The notes under the pieces were generated by a model, which had not been told where the DNA came from, made no database searches, and was given only the letters and a program-made list of their open reading frames with translations. A stretch of 64,000 bases of DNA, taken from a virus. Of this stretch, positions 1-10,546 are shown piece after piece. The translations under genes and the position numbers were made by a program. Position 1 is the first letter of the stretch, and each line of letters starts with the position of its first letter. Where the stretch lies: IMG/VR virus record IMGVR_UViG_3300028837_000518, positions 1 through 64,000 of that record. One strand, given 5' to 3'.

Positions 1-1970
1 CCAGGCATGGTCAACTTCTTGGTGATCTCGGCCCCTAGGGCGGCGTCGAGTGTGATGACCGCATTTCCGCCGCTATCCTTCACCGTCAGGATGCCAGCCG
101 AGGTAAGCCCTATCCGTTCTTGCGAATCTGCCCATAGTCCAAGGGAACTGCTCGTGGCTTTGAGGTAATTGTTTGTACTACCTCTGAGATAGACGCTCGT
201 GCCGTCATACAGAAGCTGAGTACCATTAGCCACACCTACACGGAACTTGTACGTAGCAGGATCTCCATGCCTGCCCATCCAGACACCGTTGCCGCTTTGA
301 ATGGCAGTAGCTGAACCTACCGCCAGATAAGGTGTCGTCGGCTCAAGGTGTATTCGAAGATTAGCCCCGTCGTAGACTTTCACTTGAAGGTTGAATATAT
401 CAAAGCCTTCGGAACTAAGACGCATATACTGGTCGCCACTGGCTTCGTCGTGACCTTCGCCCGCGAAGAGCCCGTATTCATTCGGTGTACCAAAGATGCC
501 ATTTAGGTTGCCAGTCCGAGTCCGTACTATTCGATCATACCAGGGATGCTCGTCCCACGTTACAACCTGCGCATAGGGACTGTTTACACCCATTAACCCA
601 TCAATAGCATTGACCTCGTGGTAGCCCATACCAGTAGTGCCAAAATCAAGTGCCAATGCGCCTCGCTTAACAACGGTGCTTGTGCTCATATAGCCAGCCG
701 CAGGGTGACCATTAACTGTGCCACTCAGCCTAGTAAAAGTCCATCGTTGTTCGGGCGGATCGCTCTGAGGAGACGGAAAGTACGGGGCACTGACGGTGCC
801 GAAACAATTGGTGATGTCCAGTCCGCCGCCAGACCGAGAAAAGTTGCGAACCATCACTGTATCCCCGGTTACAAAAACCTCAGCGGCGGGGAATCCTAAG
901 AAACATTCCACCCAGAGATATGCTGTGTTACCTGCTGCTGGGGCTGTGAAATCCCGCGAAAGCGGTGCTACGCTCTTGGATATAATCTGCCCACCCGCCA
1001 AAGCCTGTTCTAGGTCAGCGATAAATGCCTTGGCGTGCATCTCGTCCACGTAGAGGTAGCGAAGGTCGGCTGCGCCTCCATAGGTGATGTGCCATCCCGT
1101 GGTTTGGCTGGCATAGCTCTCTGATTGTATCGTTACACTTTCCTGGAACTTAAGGAGATTGCCTGTGGCTGAAATGTTTACATCATCAGTACCTTCGATC
1201 TCTATACACAAATACTTGGCCGCGTCATATCCCAGACGCAACTGCTCGTCAGTCCTAATTACATGTATACCAGCGCTTGGCGATGCAACACCGATGCCAA
1301 GTATTGCGCCCATAACGGCAATGTAACCGGCAGTATAAAACTCTATTCTCTCATCGGAGCTACCAATGCCAATACTCTTGCTATTAGCCAATCGAATTTC
1401 ACCCGTACCAGAACCGGTAGCCGTACCCATATTAAGTCCAATAGATATAGTAAGTGAATCATCGGTTTTAAGAATATTCACTGCACCACGATATAGGTTT
1501 ACATCAGACCATAAAATCTTATAAGCATCACCAATTGTTACATCAGCATTAAAAGTCCAAGACCCAGTAATAGTCTCTGTATCACCATAGTTGGGATATA
1601 CGGCACCGTGATCGTCGTCGTCTAATGAATCAGAGTTAAGGTTCCCGTGATCTATATTGGCTTCGATAATAGTAAGCTTAAGCTGATTAGTTTCAGCAAT
1701 AGACGTGAGGATATTATTACCACTATATATCTTAATATAGTCTGTGGCACTAGGCGTGATAGTAGTATCGCTGCCATCGCGTAGCCCAATAAAACCAGTG
1801 TGGTGCTGATCGGCACTGACACTACCTATATTACTGTGAGGAATCTCTCTACCATCCCCACCGCCCCCATGTCTGTGTCCTAAGGTGGAGCTTAGAACGT
1901 CATCGCGTAGGTTATTATATTGGGCGATAACTGCTTCATCGCCAACGTTAATTGGTGAAGATTGTGCCAT
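1..1970 (-). CDS. tail fibre / receptor-binding protein, 3'-truncated by window edge
   Basis: Not in the ORF track because no stop lies inside the window. Frame is open from ATG at 1970 (MAQSSPINVGDEAVIAQYNNLRDDV...) to position 1. Gly/Thr/Ser-rich and distal in the tail operon. Confidence 0.75.
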   Translation of the reverse strand, partial: MAQSSPINVGDEAVIAQYNNLRDDVLSSTLGHRHGGGGDGREIPHSNIGSVSADQHHTGFIGLRDGSDTTITPSATDYIKIYSGNNILTSIAETNQLKLTIIEANIDHGNLNSDSLDDDDHGAVYPNYGDTETITGSWTFNADVTIGDAYKILWSDVNLYRGAVNILKTDDSLTISIGLNMGTATGSGTGEIRLANSKSIGIGSSDERIEFYTAGYIAVMGAILGIGVASPSAGIHVIRTDEQLRLGYDAAKYLCIEIEGTDDVNISATGNLLKFQESVTIQSESYASQTTGWHITYGGAADLRYLYVDEMHAKAFIADLEQALAGGQIISKSVAPLSRDFTAPAAGNTAYLWVECFLGFPAAEVFVTGDTVMVRNFSRSGGGLDITNCFGTVSAPYFPSPQSDPPEQRWTFTRLSGTVNGHPAAGYMSTSTVVKRGALALDFGTTGMGYHEVNAIDGLMGVNSPYAQVVTWDEHPWYDRIVRTRTGNLNGIFGTPNEYGLFAGEGHDEASGDQYMRLSSEGFDIFNLQVKVYDGANLRIHLEPTTPYLAVGSATAIQSGNGVWMGRHGDPATYKFRVGVANGTQLLYDGTSVYLRGSTNNYLKATSSSLGLWADSQERIGLTSAGILTVKDSGGNAVITLDAALGAEITKKLTMP

Positions 1971-2443
1971 TAGGCCCTCGGAAGAACTGTAACTGTCAGT
2001 GTTCGCGCTGTAATATAGCGTGTATTAACACGGTCGGCCGGCCGACGGAATTGTACTTTAACAGTGGCAGTACCAGCAGAAACAGCACTATGAAACCAAG
2101 TTGCAGATTTTAGCGGCATGTATGTATCGTGTCCGCGCAATTCATAAGTGATACTGCTCGCTGCACCTACTAGAGACTTTAACTCACCAAGATCGCCAGT
2201 GCTAAAAAGATCGTCAAAGTTGAATGAGAAACTCACTATCATATCACAGGTTGCACCTGTTGCTATAGATAGCGACATTCCGCCCACATCATTCCAGTTG
2301 GAATTATCGGGCATAGCCCAGTTATTAACTCCAGTACCACAAGCCGTTCCGGCACTAGCTGCTACATCACGCACGTCAGCACGCAAGTTATTATACTGGC
2401 TAGCATATAGATTATTACCAACTGCAACATCACTTGATAACAT
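1970..2443 (-). CDS. minor tail/fibre-associated protein
   Basis: 157 aa; shares the N-terminal QYNNLRxDV motif with the downstream fibre; beta-rich C-terminus. Confidence 0.55.
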   Translation of the reverse strand: MLSSDVAVGNNLYASQYNNLRADVRDVAASAGTACGTGVNNWAMPDNSNWNDVGGMSLSIATGATCDMIVSFSFNFDDLFSTGDLGELKSLVGAASSITYELRGHDTYMPLKSATWFHSAVSAGTATVKVQFRRPADRVNTRYITARTLTVTVLPRA

Positions 2444-2447
2444 ATCT

Positions 2448-2753
2448 CTACCTCATATAGGTTACTAAGAGAGATGCGTCACTGCCTACTTTTACGCCAC
2501 GGAAGTTAATGAGGTTATTAACACCATAAACAGTAATCACATCACCAATAGCCAGTAGGTGTCCGACACTTGAAGATGGGTCGCTACCATCAACGCGAAA
2601 GCGTACTGTAGCAGTCTCTACGGAAAACATCGCCGCAGCGCCAGGTAAGCTATCTGTGGGAACGACTACGCTTCTAGTAAAACCTATAGGTGTGCCTGAA
2701 ACAGTAATAGCTTCATAAGCAAATGCCTCAAGCGGAACCTCCCAAATTGCCAT
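2448..2753 (-). CDS. small virion structural protein (putative)
   Basis: 101 aa beta-rich ORF with RBS (GAAGGAG) in the tail operon. Confidence 0.5.
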   Translation of the reverse strand: MAIWEVPLEAFAYEAITVSGTPIGFTRSVVVPTDSLPGAAAMFSVETATVRFRVDGSDPSSSVGHLLAIGDVITVYGVNNLINFRGVKVGSDASLLVTYMR

Positions 2754-2791
2754 TTCATTCTCCTTCTAATCCCAAAAGTTACAGGGCTATC

Positions 2792-3781
2792 TTAATTAGT
2801 ATCAAACTGGAGGTACCAGTAAGACCAACGTACCTCCCCATACTGTTTCTCTATAGTGTGGGTAAAAGCATTGTATTCCCATAGCGTACCATTCTCCTTG
2901 AAAATCCTAATTTTGTCAAGGCATTCTGTAGTAGCAGCTGACTTTGTTACTTGCGCTTGAAAGCTAACAATGTTATTAACATTTGCTACGCCTACTTTGC
3001 TGTTATAGGTATTGACCACTTTAGAGAACCAGTTCCACCCATCAACTAATGAGCTAATGGGAACATCGTAGCGGTAGCTGTCGCTTGTAGGCGTTGTAGC
3101 ATTGCTGCTAAAGTAGAAGCTTATATTAGTACCTGTGAGTCTACTTACATCATCAATGTAGTACCAGAACTGAAACTTATCGGTCTCGGCAAATACATTA
3201 GTGTAGGCATCAAAATGGTTAGTGTTCTTAAAGGATACAGTAGCTGTACCACCATAAGCCGAAACTGAAGCATCGCCCGCACGAACAATAACGGTTTCGG
3301 CCTTAACACTTGGTTGCTCTGATGTCCAGCCAGCCGTACCATCACAATTATCGAGAGTTGATACTATAGCATCATCATAAAACAACCCAATCTCGGTCCA
3401 ATCACCAACGCCAACCTTCGTATTGAACTTAGCCGAGTATCGAACTTTAGCTGTACCATATCCCCAGTCATATGTAAAGATTACAGGTACGCGTTCGAGT
3501 TCGTCAACAAGCGCTGTCGGCGTGCCACCAGCCGAACCAAGGCCAACAGCAATGTAAGTGGGCCAAGTCGCGCCCCACTTTCCATACACTGTCCCAGGTG
3601 CGCCCCACTTAGTATTCTTTGTTGCCGTCCAATCACCAGATTCAGCCCACTTATATGGGTAGTCGTATGTTGGCTCATCCGCAACAATAACCCACTTTTG
3701 GACGGTACGGTGTGCTGATTGTGGTTGTACTCTTTGTGTACGATCATATATCCGAGCTAGAAAATCCTCGATGCCCCGCAT
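2792..3781 (-). CDS. minor tail protein
   Basis: 329 aa; YIAVGLG...ELER...WTEIGLF resembles tail-fibre collar-type N-terminal motifs; operon position. Confidence 0.55.
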   Translation of the reverse strand: MRGIEDFLARIYDRTQRVQPQSAHRTVQKWVIVADEPTYDYPYKWAESGDWTATKNTKWGAPGTVYGKWGATWPTYIAVGLGSAGGTPTALVDELERVPVIFTYDWGYGTAKVRYSAKFNTKVGVGDWTEIGLFYDDAIVSTLDNCDGTAGWTSEQPSVKAETVIVRAGDASVSAYGGTATVSFKNTNHFDAYTNVFAETDKFQFWYYIDDVSRLTGTNISFYFSSNATTPTSDSYRYDVPISSLVDGWNWFSKVVNTYNSKVGVANVNNIVSFQAQVTKSAATTECLDKIRIFKENGTLWEYNAFTHTIEKQYGEVRWSYWYLQFDTN

Positions 3782-5247
3782 TATTCTCGTAGCCTCGTAG
3801 AGAACTCTATGTTCGTCATAAGAATAGTACCGCCATCAGTAACTTGAATGATCTTCTTAGTAACAGATGTTATAAAAACCGTTACAGCAATTTTATCACC
3901 GCTATCCCAGTCGCCACGCCCGCTTATCACCCAGTGACGAATATCATAAATGTCGCGGACTTTCGACTTGATCTTAAAGTATTGTCCGCTTCGCCAACCC
4001 GTCATAGTAGTAGTGTTAGAGGGTTCGTAGATGCTAAAGCCCCCTGAAATTAGTGGCCACGCATGAGAATCAAGCAGCATATTGCCATAGAACTCTATGG
4101 GGTCATAGCCGGTATCTGACGGGCTATCTATACGATAATCAGGGAGACTAATCATTACTTGGTGTTCACCGTCAGAGCCTTCACGCCTTGCCATTTCATT
4201 AATCGAATCAGGGTCCATAAAGACGGCAACACGGTCGGGAATTGCGTAATCGAAGGATACTTTAACGTAGTCACCACTTGCTGGCATATCAGTAGTGGGA
4301 AAGCGTACTCCCCAATTCATCACGCATACATAGGCGTAATTTGCTTGACCCTCAATAGACTCTGCACTTCCATCCAGCGGGTCAAGCGCTAGAGTTTTTG
4401 TTACCCATTCATCCTCACCATGTTTAGTTTCCACCGTCATATCAACTTCATTCATTGGTGGCATGGGGAGCTTAAAGAATGACTGTGCGCCATCAGCGAG
4501 AACATTATGTTCATATGCATTATCACTCTGTTGCGCATAGTCTTTTATGATTACTACATTAAAGAGACTAGAGACGTCTTCTGTTACCGTTACACCACCT
4601 ATCTCAAGGTTTGCATCAAGGTCGAGTATGTTGCTATATGTTCCATTATTCAGCGGCGAAGCATTGGCGGATACATCACTATCAGGAAAGAAATAAATCT
4701 TTGGTCGCCCTGCTACAGATGCGTCGAAACCTACATACCATGCATATCCAGTAGCTTCTGATAAACGGTCAAAGATACCTGACGCGGGCTCGTAGTCATA
4801 ACCTTCTTTGGGAACGTCAAGACCAGTTGCAATATTATCATCCCAGTTACTATAGTCTGTAAAGTCCGGTGCAAACTCCTGAAGAATGGTCTTGATTCGC
4901 GTGCCGGCTGCACCCTCAGCATATTCCTGTTTAGCGACGAGTCGGCGATCAAGAAAAGCTGTATAATCCGAAACAATAACATTTACAAGCATAGTCTCGG
5001 GATTCTGAAAAGAATCATCAGTTGTAGCAACAACACCTTCAAACTCTCGAGTACTATCTATAATCAAAACCACTACATTGCCAGGCTTGGGCTTTGCCAC
5101 AGTTTCCGCATCCAAATCAGCCCAGGGAATATACATATCGAACTCTAGGCTATCCCCCATAGAAGCAGCGCCATCCTGAATAGATATAGTCGGAATGTTA
5201 ACGTAGGCTGTTACATCAACGTTATCAAGCTCTATAGCTACACCCAT
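3781..5247 (-). CDS. tail hub / distal tail protein
   Basis: 488 aa acidic protein immediately after the tape measure gene. Confidence 0.6.
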   Translation of the reverse strand: MGVAIELDNVDVTAYVNIPTISIQDGAASMGDSLEFDMYIPWADLDAETVAKPKPGNVVVLIIDSTREFEGVVATTDDSFQNPETMLVNVIVSDYTAFLDRRLVAKQEYAEGAAGTRIKTILQEFAPDFTDYSNWDDNIATGLDVPKEGYDYEPASGIFDRLSEATGYAWYVGFDASVAGRPKIYFFPDSDVSANASPLNNGTYSNILDLDANLEIGGVTVTEDVSSLFNVVIIKDYAQQSDNAYEHNVLADGAQSFFKLPMPPMNEVDMTVETKHGEDEWVTKTLALDPLDGSAESIEGQANYAYVCVMNWGVRFPTTDMPASGDYVKVSFDYAIPDRVAVFMDPDSINEMARREGSDGEHQVMISLPDYRIDSPSDTGYDPIEFYGNMLLDSHAWPLISGGFSIYEPSNTTTMTGWRSGQYFKIKSKVRDIYDIRHWVISGRGDWDSGDKIAVTVFITSVTKKIIQVTDGGTILMTNIEFSTRLRE

Positions 5248-8200
5248 CTACCTAACTCCTGAAACTGCATGTCGTCTGCGCAGCTTACGCATAAGTTCAA
5301 CTGAGACTAGGTCAGCCACTTCACGTATTCCCCCAGCACCTACAATAGTATTTCCAGTTACGAAAACATTAACTTCTTGCCCGGCAGCCCGTGTATTCTG
5401 TAGCGGACTAAATGTGAAGGCCTCCGCACCTCTTTCGCCTGCCAAGAAGAGTGTCGGCTTACGAACAATACCACTGCCACCGCGTTGCATTGGCGTTATA
5501 GGGATTACCTCGCCAGTTGTGTCAATCTTAGCTTTAATAACTATATCACCAATACCTTTTAGGAGAGCTTTTCTAATTTTCTTGCCTACTTCTTCCAAGC
5601 TTGTTAGCAAGCTTTCAAGGTTCGTTTCTATACCGGCTTGAAGCTCAGACATTAGATTCACACCCCATGCATTAGAATCAAGGGCTGTAGTAAATAATCC
5701 TATTATGTCATCACGAATTCCTGTTAGAACAGGGTATAATGATTGCTCTGCGTAACCAGCTTTGACACCTTTTTCATAGGCATTCATAAGACCCTCGCCC
5801 CAAGATGATGCATCTAAGTCAGAAGATAACGAAGATTCTATTCCATCCTCTACTTTTGCTAAACCGAGTATTTGTCTCACCGCAAGTGTAGGAAGAACAC
5901 CTAGCGGGAACTCCCATATGAATGCTATGGGAATTTTTAATAGGTTTGCCGGTGTTATTTCACTCAAAAACTCATTCCACGCCTCCTTGACTTTCTCCCA
6001 GGTATCCGCAAAATCAGATTTAAGTGCTTCACGATAATCCTCGTCAAGGGCGAATCTAATAGTAGCATATATTGTTAGTGCTGCCTCAAGGGTAAGGACG
6101 AGGGCAAGGAGGGCAACGGGAGCTTTTAGTAGAACGGGAGTTCCAGCAAAGGCTGCTATAAGAGCATCTTTTATACTTGTAAGGAGATTTGCGGTAAGAG
6201 CTATTGGGTACGACATAGCAATTCTAAGTAATATTAACGATAGAACGGTCTCTATAGGGTGCTCGTCAATCCAGGCCCAAATTTCTTCTTCAACAAACTT
6301 ATTCCAAGTCTCCTGCATCTTCTTAGGCGCGAACGCATTAATGAGAACATGAACAACACCAAGGACAATGGCAGCACCTATAGCACCTATAATAGCGGCT
6401 TTAATTGCAACACCAGCAGCATAAATAACAAAGTGTGCAGCACGCATAATAAGGTGAAATGTTCCACTGGCAAGCTTTAAGGACCACTCAAGCCCAGCCT
6501 TAGCTAAGGTAATTGCAGATTGTACAGCCCACCATAGCCCGGCAATTGTTGCAATAGCCGTTGCAGTAATAGCAATTGAGGTTAGAACGGGATGTTCTTC
6601 CATCCATGCCTTTGTCTCGGGAGAGTTTAACCACTCTGAAGCTGAGTTCCAAAGAGATTGTACTAGGCCCTTTAGAAAGTTCCATACGAAAGCAAGAAAA
6701 ATACCAATAGGGTTTTCCTCAAAGAACTCTTTAAGCGCTGGCTTTACTGTCTCATTCCACCACTTCTTAATAGCCGGACCAATATTTAAGATAAAGCCCT
6801 TGATACTAACCCAGGCATTGCGAAAAGCATCTAAAAGTTCTTTAGGGATAAGCTTACGCAACATATCACTGATTGGCTTGAGTAATCTACCGAACCATGC
6901 AAAGACCTTGCCAAGACTGCGTACTAACCCAAGCATCCATCGCAATCCATGCACACAAAGACGCATGAACTTAAGGAAAAGCCAGAGAGCTGCCACTACA
7001 CTCTTGCGTATAATGTCGGCTAGCATTTGAATCTCAGGCGCAAACTCCTTTAGTGTATCATCCATTAACTTAAGGGTGCCGCGCCAGTGCGAAAGTACAT
7101 CCTCAGACGCCCAAAGAGCGCGCGCAAGCGTAACTAGTGTTGTTGCAAAGTTAGCCAACTTTACCAGCAGTGGTCCAAAGAACTGCTTCCAAATCGGATA
7201 GAGCATGATACGCGTAGTGGCCAGTAGGCTCTCGCGAATCCTGCGAAGGGAAAATGTTGTACTTTGAGATACATCCTCGTAAACTTTCCCGTAGCGCTGC
7301 ATAATTTTCATTTGAATGAATTGTGCTACGGCAGTACGGTTCGTAGTATCTACCATACTTTTATTAACGTGAATGCCGATACGGTGTAGTGACTTCAGGC
7401 TAGCACTCTCAGCGCCCACAGCGCCGGTAAAAATCCGCGAAGCCTCCTCAACTTTAACGCCGAGTGCTGTAGCCAAAACTCCCATGGTATCAACAACTTC
7501 ATTAGAGCCAAGGCCGGCCTTAGTTAGAATATCCATCGACTTAGTAAGGTCATCAAGCGTTGTTCCGTACTTAATTGCCTTCATCTGCGCATAGACAAAC
7601 ATCTTTCCAGCTTCAGCTAGATTGGTAGAAAGTCCACGAAGTTTGTTGATTGCCTCCTCTACAGTAGTGCCGGTATCGCGTATAGCTTTACTTAGGCCCA
7701 AGAAAGCTTTTGTCAAACCACCTACAGTGATAGCGAGTGCTGCTGTAACCAGGGCAATTTTCGGTATGCTAAATCCGAGAAAAGCAAAAGAGTAAAGCAG
7801 TCCACGAATATTACCCTGAAGTGCGTTCATTGACAAGATGAGACCTTGCATAACCGACGACATCGGTCGCAACCTTGCAACTGTTTCCCAAATCTGGTTC
7901 TTAATATAACGGAATCCACGCGCACTATTACCAACAGCACCACTAAGGTCTGAAGTGGCTTTCGTGCTAGTTACAGCGGCTCTCGTAGATTCGTCTAGTG
8001 CCTGTGAGTGTTCAAGGATTGTACGTATTGTACCTTGTAGGGACTTACGAAATGCCTCGGTTCGCGTTGCATTCGCTTGTGTGGCTGTCCCCAATTGCAT
8101 AGTATTGGCCGCCGCACCTAATCCCTGTTTTCCCAGGCCCTCCAATTGTGGCAAAAGCGCAGCAATTTCATAAGCCATTTTATTTAGTGCGGCTGGCGTA

Positions 8201-8991
8201 ATTCGCGCTGTAGTGGCACCCATCTTTTCCATAGAACTCGCTACTGCTTCTAATGACGCTTTATACAACTTGCCGGCATCAGTAGCATTTTGCATATTTG
8301 CTGCATTTGCCTTAAAGCCTTCACCGACCTGACTAATGGTTTGGCCAATTCTATGACGAAGCTCAGCAATACCTATCAGTGCATAAGTGGCTTTACCAAG
8401 CTGGTCTAAACCTTGTATGCTGACTTGCGTAGCTCGGTTAAGACCAAGATATGTTTTTGCCAGTTCTAGGTTGGCACGATTGGCAGCACGCGCAAATAGT
8501 GCGTCCTGCTGTTTCTTCTGTGTAGCTAATTGGGCAATTGGTGCATATTGGCCAAGCACATAAGACATTTTATCTGTCAAGTTCAACCATCGCTCAACAG
8601 TCGGTATACCACCCTTTACCTGCCCAACAAACCCTTGTCGCCCTCCACCAATCGCCCCACGCATAACCGCATTAGTTTTTATGAGTGTTTGCATTGATGG
8701 TATAAGCTTATCAACTTCCTGCTTTAAGAGTTTGTACTCTACGCCTAAAGTTGTTGCGGGTTTTCGTCGCGATAGCTCAGTGATTTTATCCGCGACCATA
8801 GAGATATGAGGCACAGCCACTCTTGCCTCTTTAGCTGTGTCGGCAAACTGTTTACTTATAGACGTTATACCACCAGTGGGGGCGCGTCCAATAGCAGAAT
8901 CTATAGTTTCTCTTAGCTGACTACCAACCCGCTTGAGTACATTTTGGCCGGTTGCAGCTATATCTATGATTAGTCCAAGCCTAGACGCCAT
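5248..8991 (-). CDS. tail tape measure protein
   Basis: 1247 aa Ala/Leu-rich helical protein with hydrophobic segments and a C-terminal GG..V.KPTLFLAGERGAE motif typical of tape measure proteins. Confidence 0.9.
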   Translation of the reverse strand: MASRLGLIIDIAATGQNVLKRVGSQLRETIDSAIGRAPTGGITSISKQFADTAKEARVAVPHISMVADKITELSRRKPATTLGVEYKLLKQEVDKLIPSMQTLIKTNAVMRGAIGGGRQGFVGQVKGGIPTVERWLNLTDKMSYVLGQYAPIAQLATQKKQQDALFARAANRANLELAKTYLGLNRATQVSIQGLDQLGKATYALIGIAELRHRIGQTISQVGEGFKANAANMQNATDAGKLYKASLEAVASSMEKMGATTARITPAALNKMAYEIAALLPQLEGLGKQGLGAAANTMQLGTATQANATRTEAFRKSLQGTIRTILEHSQALDESTRAAVTSTKATSDLSGAVGNSARGFRYIKNQIWETVARLRPMSSVMQGLILSMNALQGNIRGLLYSFAFLGFSIPKIALVTAALAITVGGLTKAFLGLSKAIRDTGTTVEEAINKLRGLSTNLAEAGKMFVYAQMKAIKYGTTLDDLTKSMDILTKAGLGSNEVVDTMGVLATALGVKVEEASRIFTGAVGAESASLKSLHRIGIHVNKSMVDTTNRTAVAQFIQMKIMQRYGKVYEDVSQSTTFSLRRIRESLLATTRIMLYPIWKQFFGPLLVKLANFATTLVTLARALWASEDVLSHWRGTLKLMDDTLKEFAPEIQMLADIIRKSVVAALWLFLKFMRLCVHGLRWMLGLVRSLGKVFAWFGRLLKPISDMLRKLIPKELLDAFRNAWVSIKGFILNIGPAIKKWWNETVKPALKEFFEENPIGIFLAFVWNFLKGLVQSLWNSASEWLNSPETKAWMEEHPVLTSIAITATAIATIAGLWWAVQSAITLAKAGLEWSLKLASGTFHLIMRAAHFVIYAAGVAIKAAIIGAIGAAIVLGVVHVLINAFAPKKMQETWNKFVEEEIWAWIDEHPIETVLSLILLRIAMSYPIALTANLLTSIKDALIAAFAGTPVLLKAPVALLALVLTLEAALTIYATIRFALDEDYREALKSDFADTWEKVKEAWNEFLSEITPANLLKIPIAFIWEFPLGVLPTLAVRQILGLAKVEDGIESSLSSDLDASSWGEGLMNAYEKGVKAGYAEQSLYPVLTGIRDDIIGLFTTALDSNAWGVNLMSELQAGIETNLESLLTSLEEVGKKIRKALLKGIGDIVIKAKIDTTGEVIPITPMQRGGSGIVRKPTLFLAGERGAEAFTFSPLQNTRAAGQEVNVFVTGNTIVGAGGIREVADLVSVELMRKLRRRHAVSGVR

Positions 8992-9595
8992 GCGCTTCTC
9001 TCTCTATTCGACTAATAATAAGATCGGTAGTGCTATCGGCACTCTGCTGTGCATATAGGATAGCCTCTGTTACTCCACGTTCACTCCAAAAGTAAGCATC
9101 AAATCCTTCCTCGCGTACATGCTCTAAAAGTAAGTTAAAGTACTTTATATTTCTATCATACGCCCAAACTTTTAAGCGGTATTCGTAAGCATCGTCAATG
9201 TCCTCATAACCACCGAAGTCTAGCCTTTCCGCATAATCAATGGGACTCACGCCCTGTAAACCACTGGCCGGCCCCACCCTTGGGTCTACACGGGTTGTAA
9301 TCCAAGTTCCCTCGGGAATAGACGGCACTCCCTTGGGATGTGGATGTAGCAAGCCTGGACTTATTGTAACTCTAAGAGACGATGCTAGTGCACCTGTGTA
9401 TTTATTCTTCTCTAAGTCTTCCCGCCACATATCGCGGCATAGTTCGCCAATGTCTCTGCAGTACTCAAATATATGATCATTTGTAAGTTGGTATCCTCGA
9501 TCAGATAGGACCTGAGACATTCGTCTCCAAATTGGCTGAAACTTAAAGACTACCCTATAATTACCGCTGCGTATGTCTATGTGTTCGCTTCCCAC
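8981..9595 (-). CDS. neck/tail-completion protein (HK97 gp10-like)
   Basis: TGALASSL...YAERLDFG pattern and position. Confidence 0.5.
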   Translation of the reverse strand: MGSEHIDIRSGNYRVVFKFQPIWRRMSQVLSDRGYQLTNDHIFEYCRDIGELCRDMWREDLEKNKYTGALASSLRVTISPGLLHPHPKGVPSIPEGTWITTRVDPRVGPASGLQGVSPIDYAERLDFGGYEDIDDAYEYRLKVWAYDRNIKYFNLLLEHVREEGFDAYFWSERGVTEAILYAQQSADSTTDLIISRIEREAHGV

Positions 9596-9773
9596 GTGTT
9601 TTCCCTTGCTGCTCTCTTACCTTATCTACTCGCCCTTTAGCACTAAAGTACTCCTTAATCTGTAGATACCTCTTCAGCGAGACCTCCTCGTAAAGCTGTT
9701 TCTCAGTCCAACCAAAATGCTCCATAACCTGTATTTCAGAGAACCAAGATGGTACGGTTTCACCCGTTCCCAT
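9561..9773 (-). CDS. tail assembly chaperone, downstream (T-like) part
   Basis: 70 aa with EHFGWTEKQL; TAATG-coupled to the upstream chaperone. Confidence 0.55.
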   Translation of the reverse strand: MGTGETVPSWFSEIQVMEHFGWTEKQLYEEVSLKRYLQIKEYFSAKGRVDKVREQQGKTRGKRTHRHTQR

Positions 9774-10162
9774 TAGGGCGTTGAAGAGGAGTTCTCGCTC
9801 TCGGGAGGGACATCAATAGTCTTTGCCTCCTGCTTAAGCCACTCACTAATCTTGCCAAGAAACTCAGTGGGTAGCTTATCAATTACGCTAGGGTCTTGTG
9901 AAGGAAGAGGCATCGGCTTATCATCGTCCTTTTCAGGATCAGTAATGTTCCAATCTACGATTAGTTGACACATAAGCGCACTGGAAATCTCGAAGGTTTC
10001 CTCGTTAGTAAGCTCATCCTCATCCATGCCCATTTTTTCTTTGGCCATACCAACACTTATGGTATCTACGGAACGCATGATAATCCAAAAGTCAGGAATA
10101 CCTAGATCATCAAAGTTAAACGTTTTAGTCTTATTAGCAAAGTATTTCGCCCACACTCCCAT
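9773..10162 (-). CDS. tail assembly chaperone (G-like)
   Basis: 129 aa acidic protein with IVDWNITD...PLP motif, between tail tube and tape measure. Confidence 0.7.
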   Translation of the reverse strand: MGVWAKYFANKTKTFNFDDLGIPDFWIIMRSVDTISVGMAKEKMGMDEDELTNEETFEISSALMCQLIVDWNITDPEKDDDKPMPLPSQDPSVIDKLPTEFLGKISEWLKQEAKTIDVPPESENSSSTP

Positions 10163-10479
10163 TACTTATCTCCTCTTGGTTTGATATTTAGTATTATTGT
10201 ATTGCCACTTCTACGCATTCTGTAACGATACTTAGATGAGTTCCAAACCTGCTCGGCCACATCTTTCATTTCTGCAATACTCTTTCTCCGCAGCGATTCA
10301 ATTATACGCAGTCGTTCTAATAGGCTTACGGGATAATGTGCGCGACGACTAATAATTATCGGCTTGGGAATAAGTCCACGACCAGCCCAAAACTTTAGCG
10401 TGCGTTCCGTAATATTCATCCCGCTTTGGTTTGCTAGTTCTGCAAGTTGGCCACGACTTACTAATACTGTCTCTGACAC
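10162..10479 (-). CDS. MerR-like helix-turn-helix protein
   Basis: ITERTLKFWAGRGLIPKP...HYP..LLERLRII matches the MerR wHTH pattern. Confidence 0.7.
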   Translation of the reverse strand: MSETVLVSRGQLAELANQSGMNITERTLKFWAGRGLIPKPIIISRRAHYPVSLLERLRIIESLRRKSIAEMKDVAEQVWNSSKYRYRMRRSGNTIILNIKPRGDK

Positions 10480-10546
10480 ACTACTGTTAGCTTTCGTTGA
10501 ACTGAAAAAGGAACCTTTAGAGTATTCTTCCAGTTCCTTATTCAGA

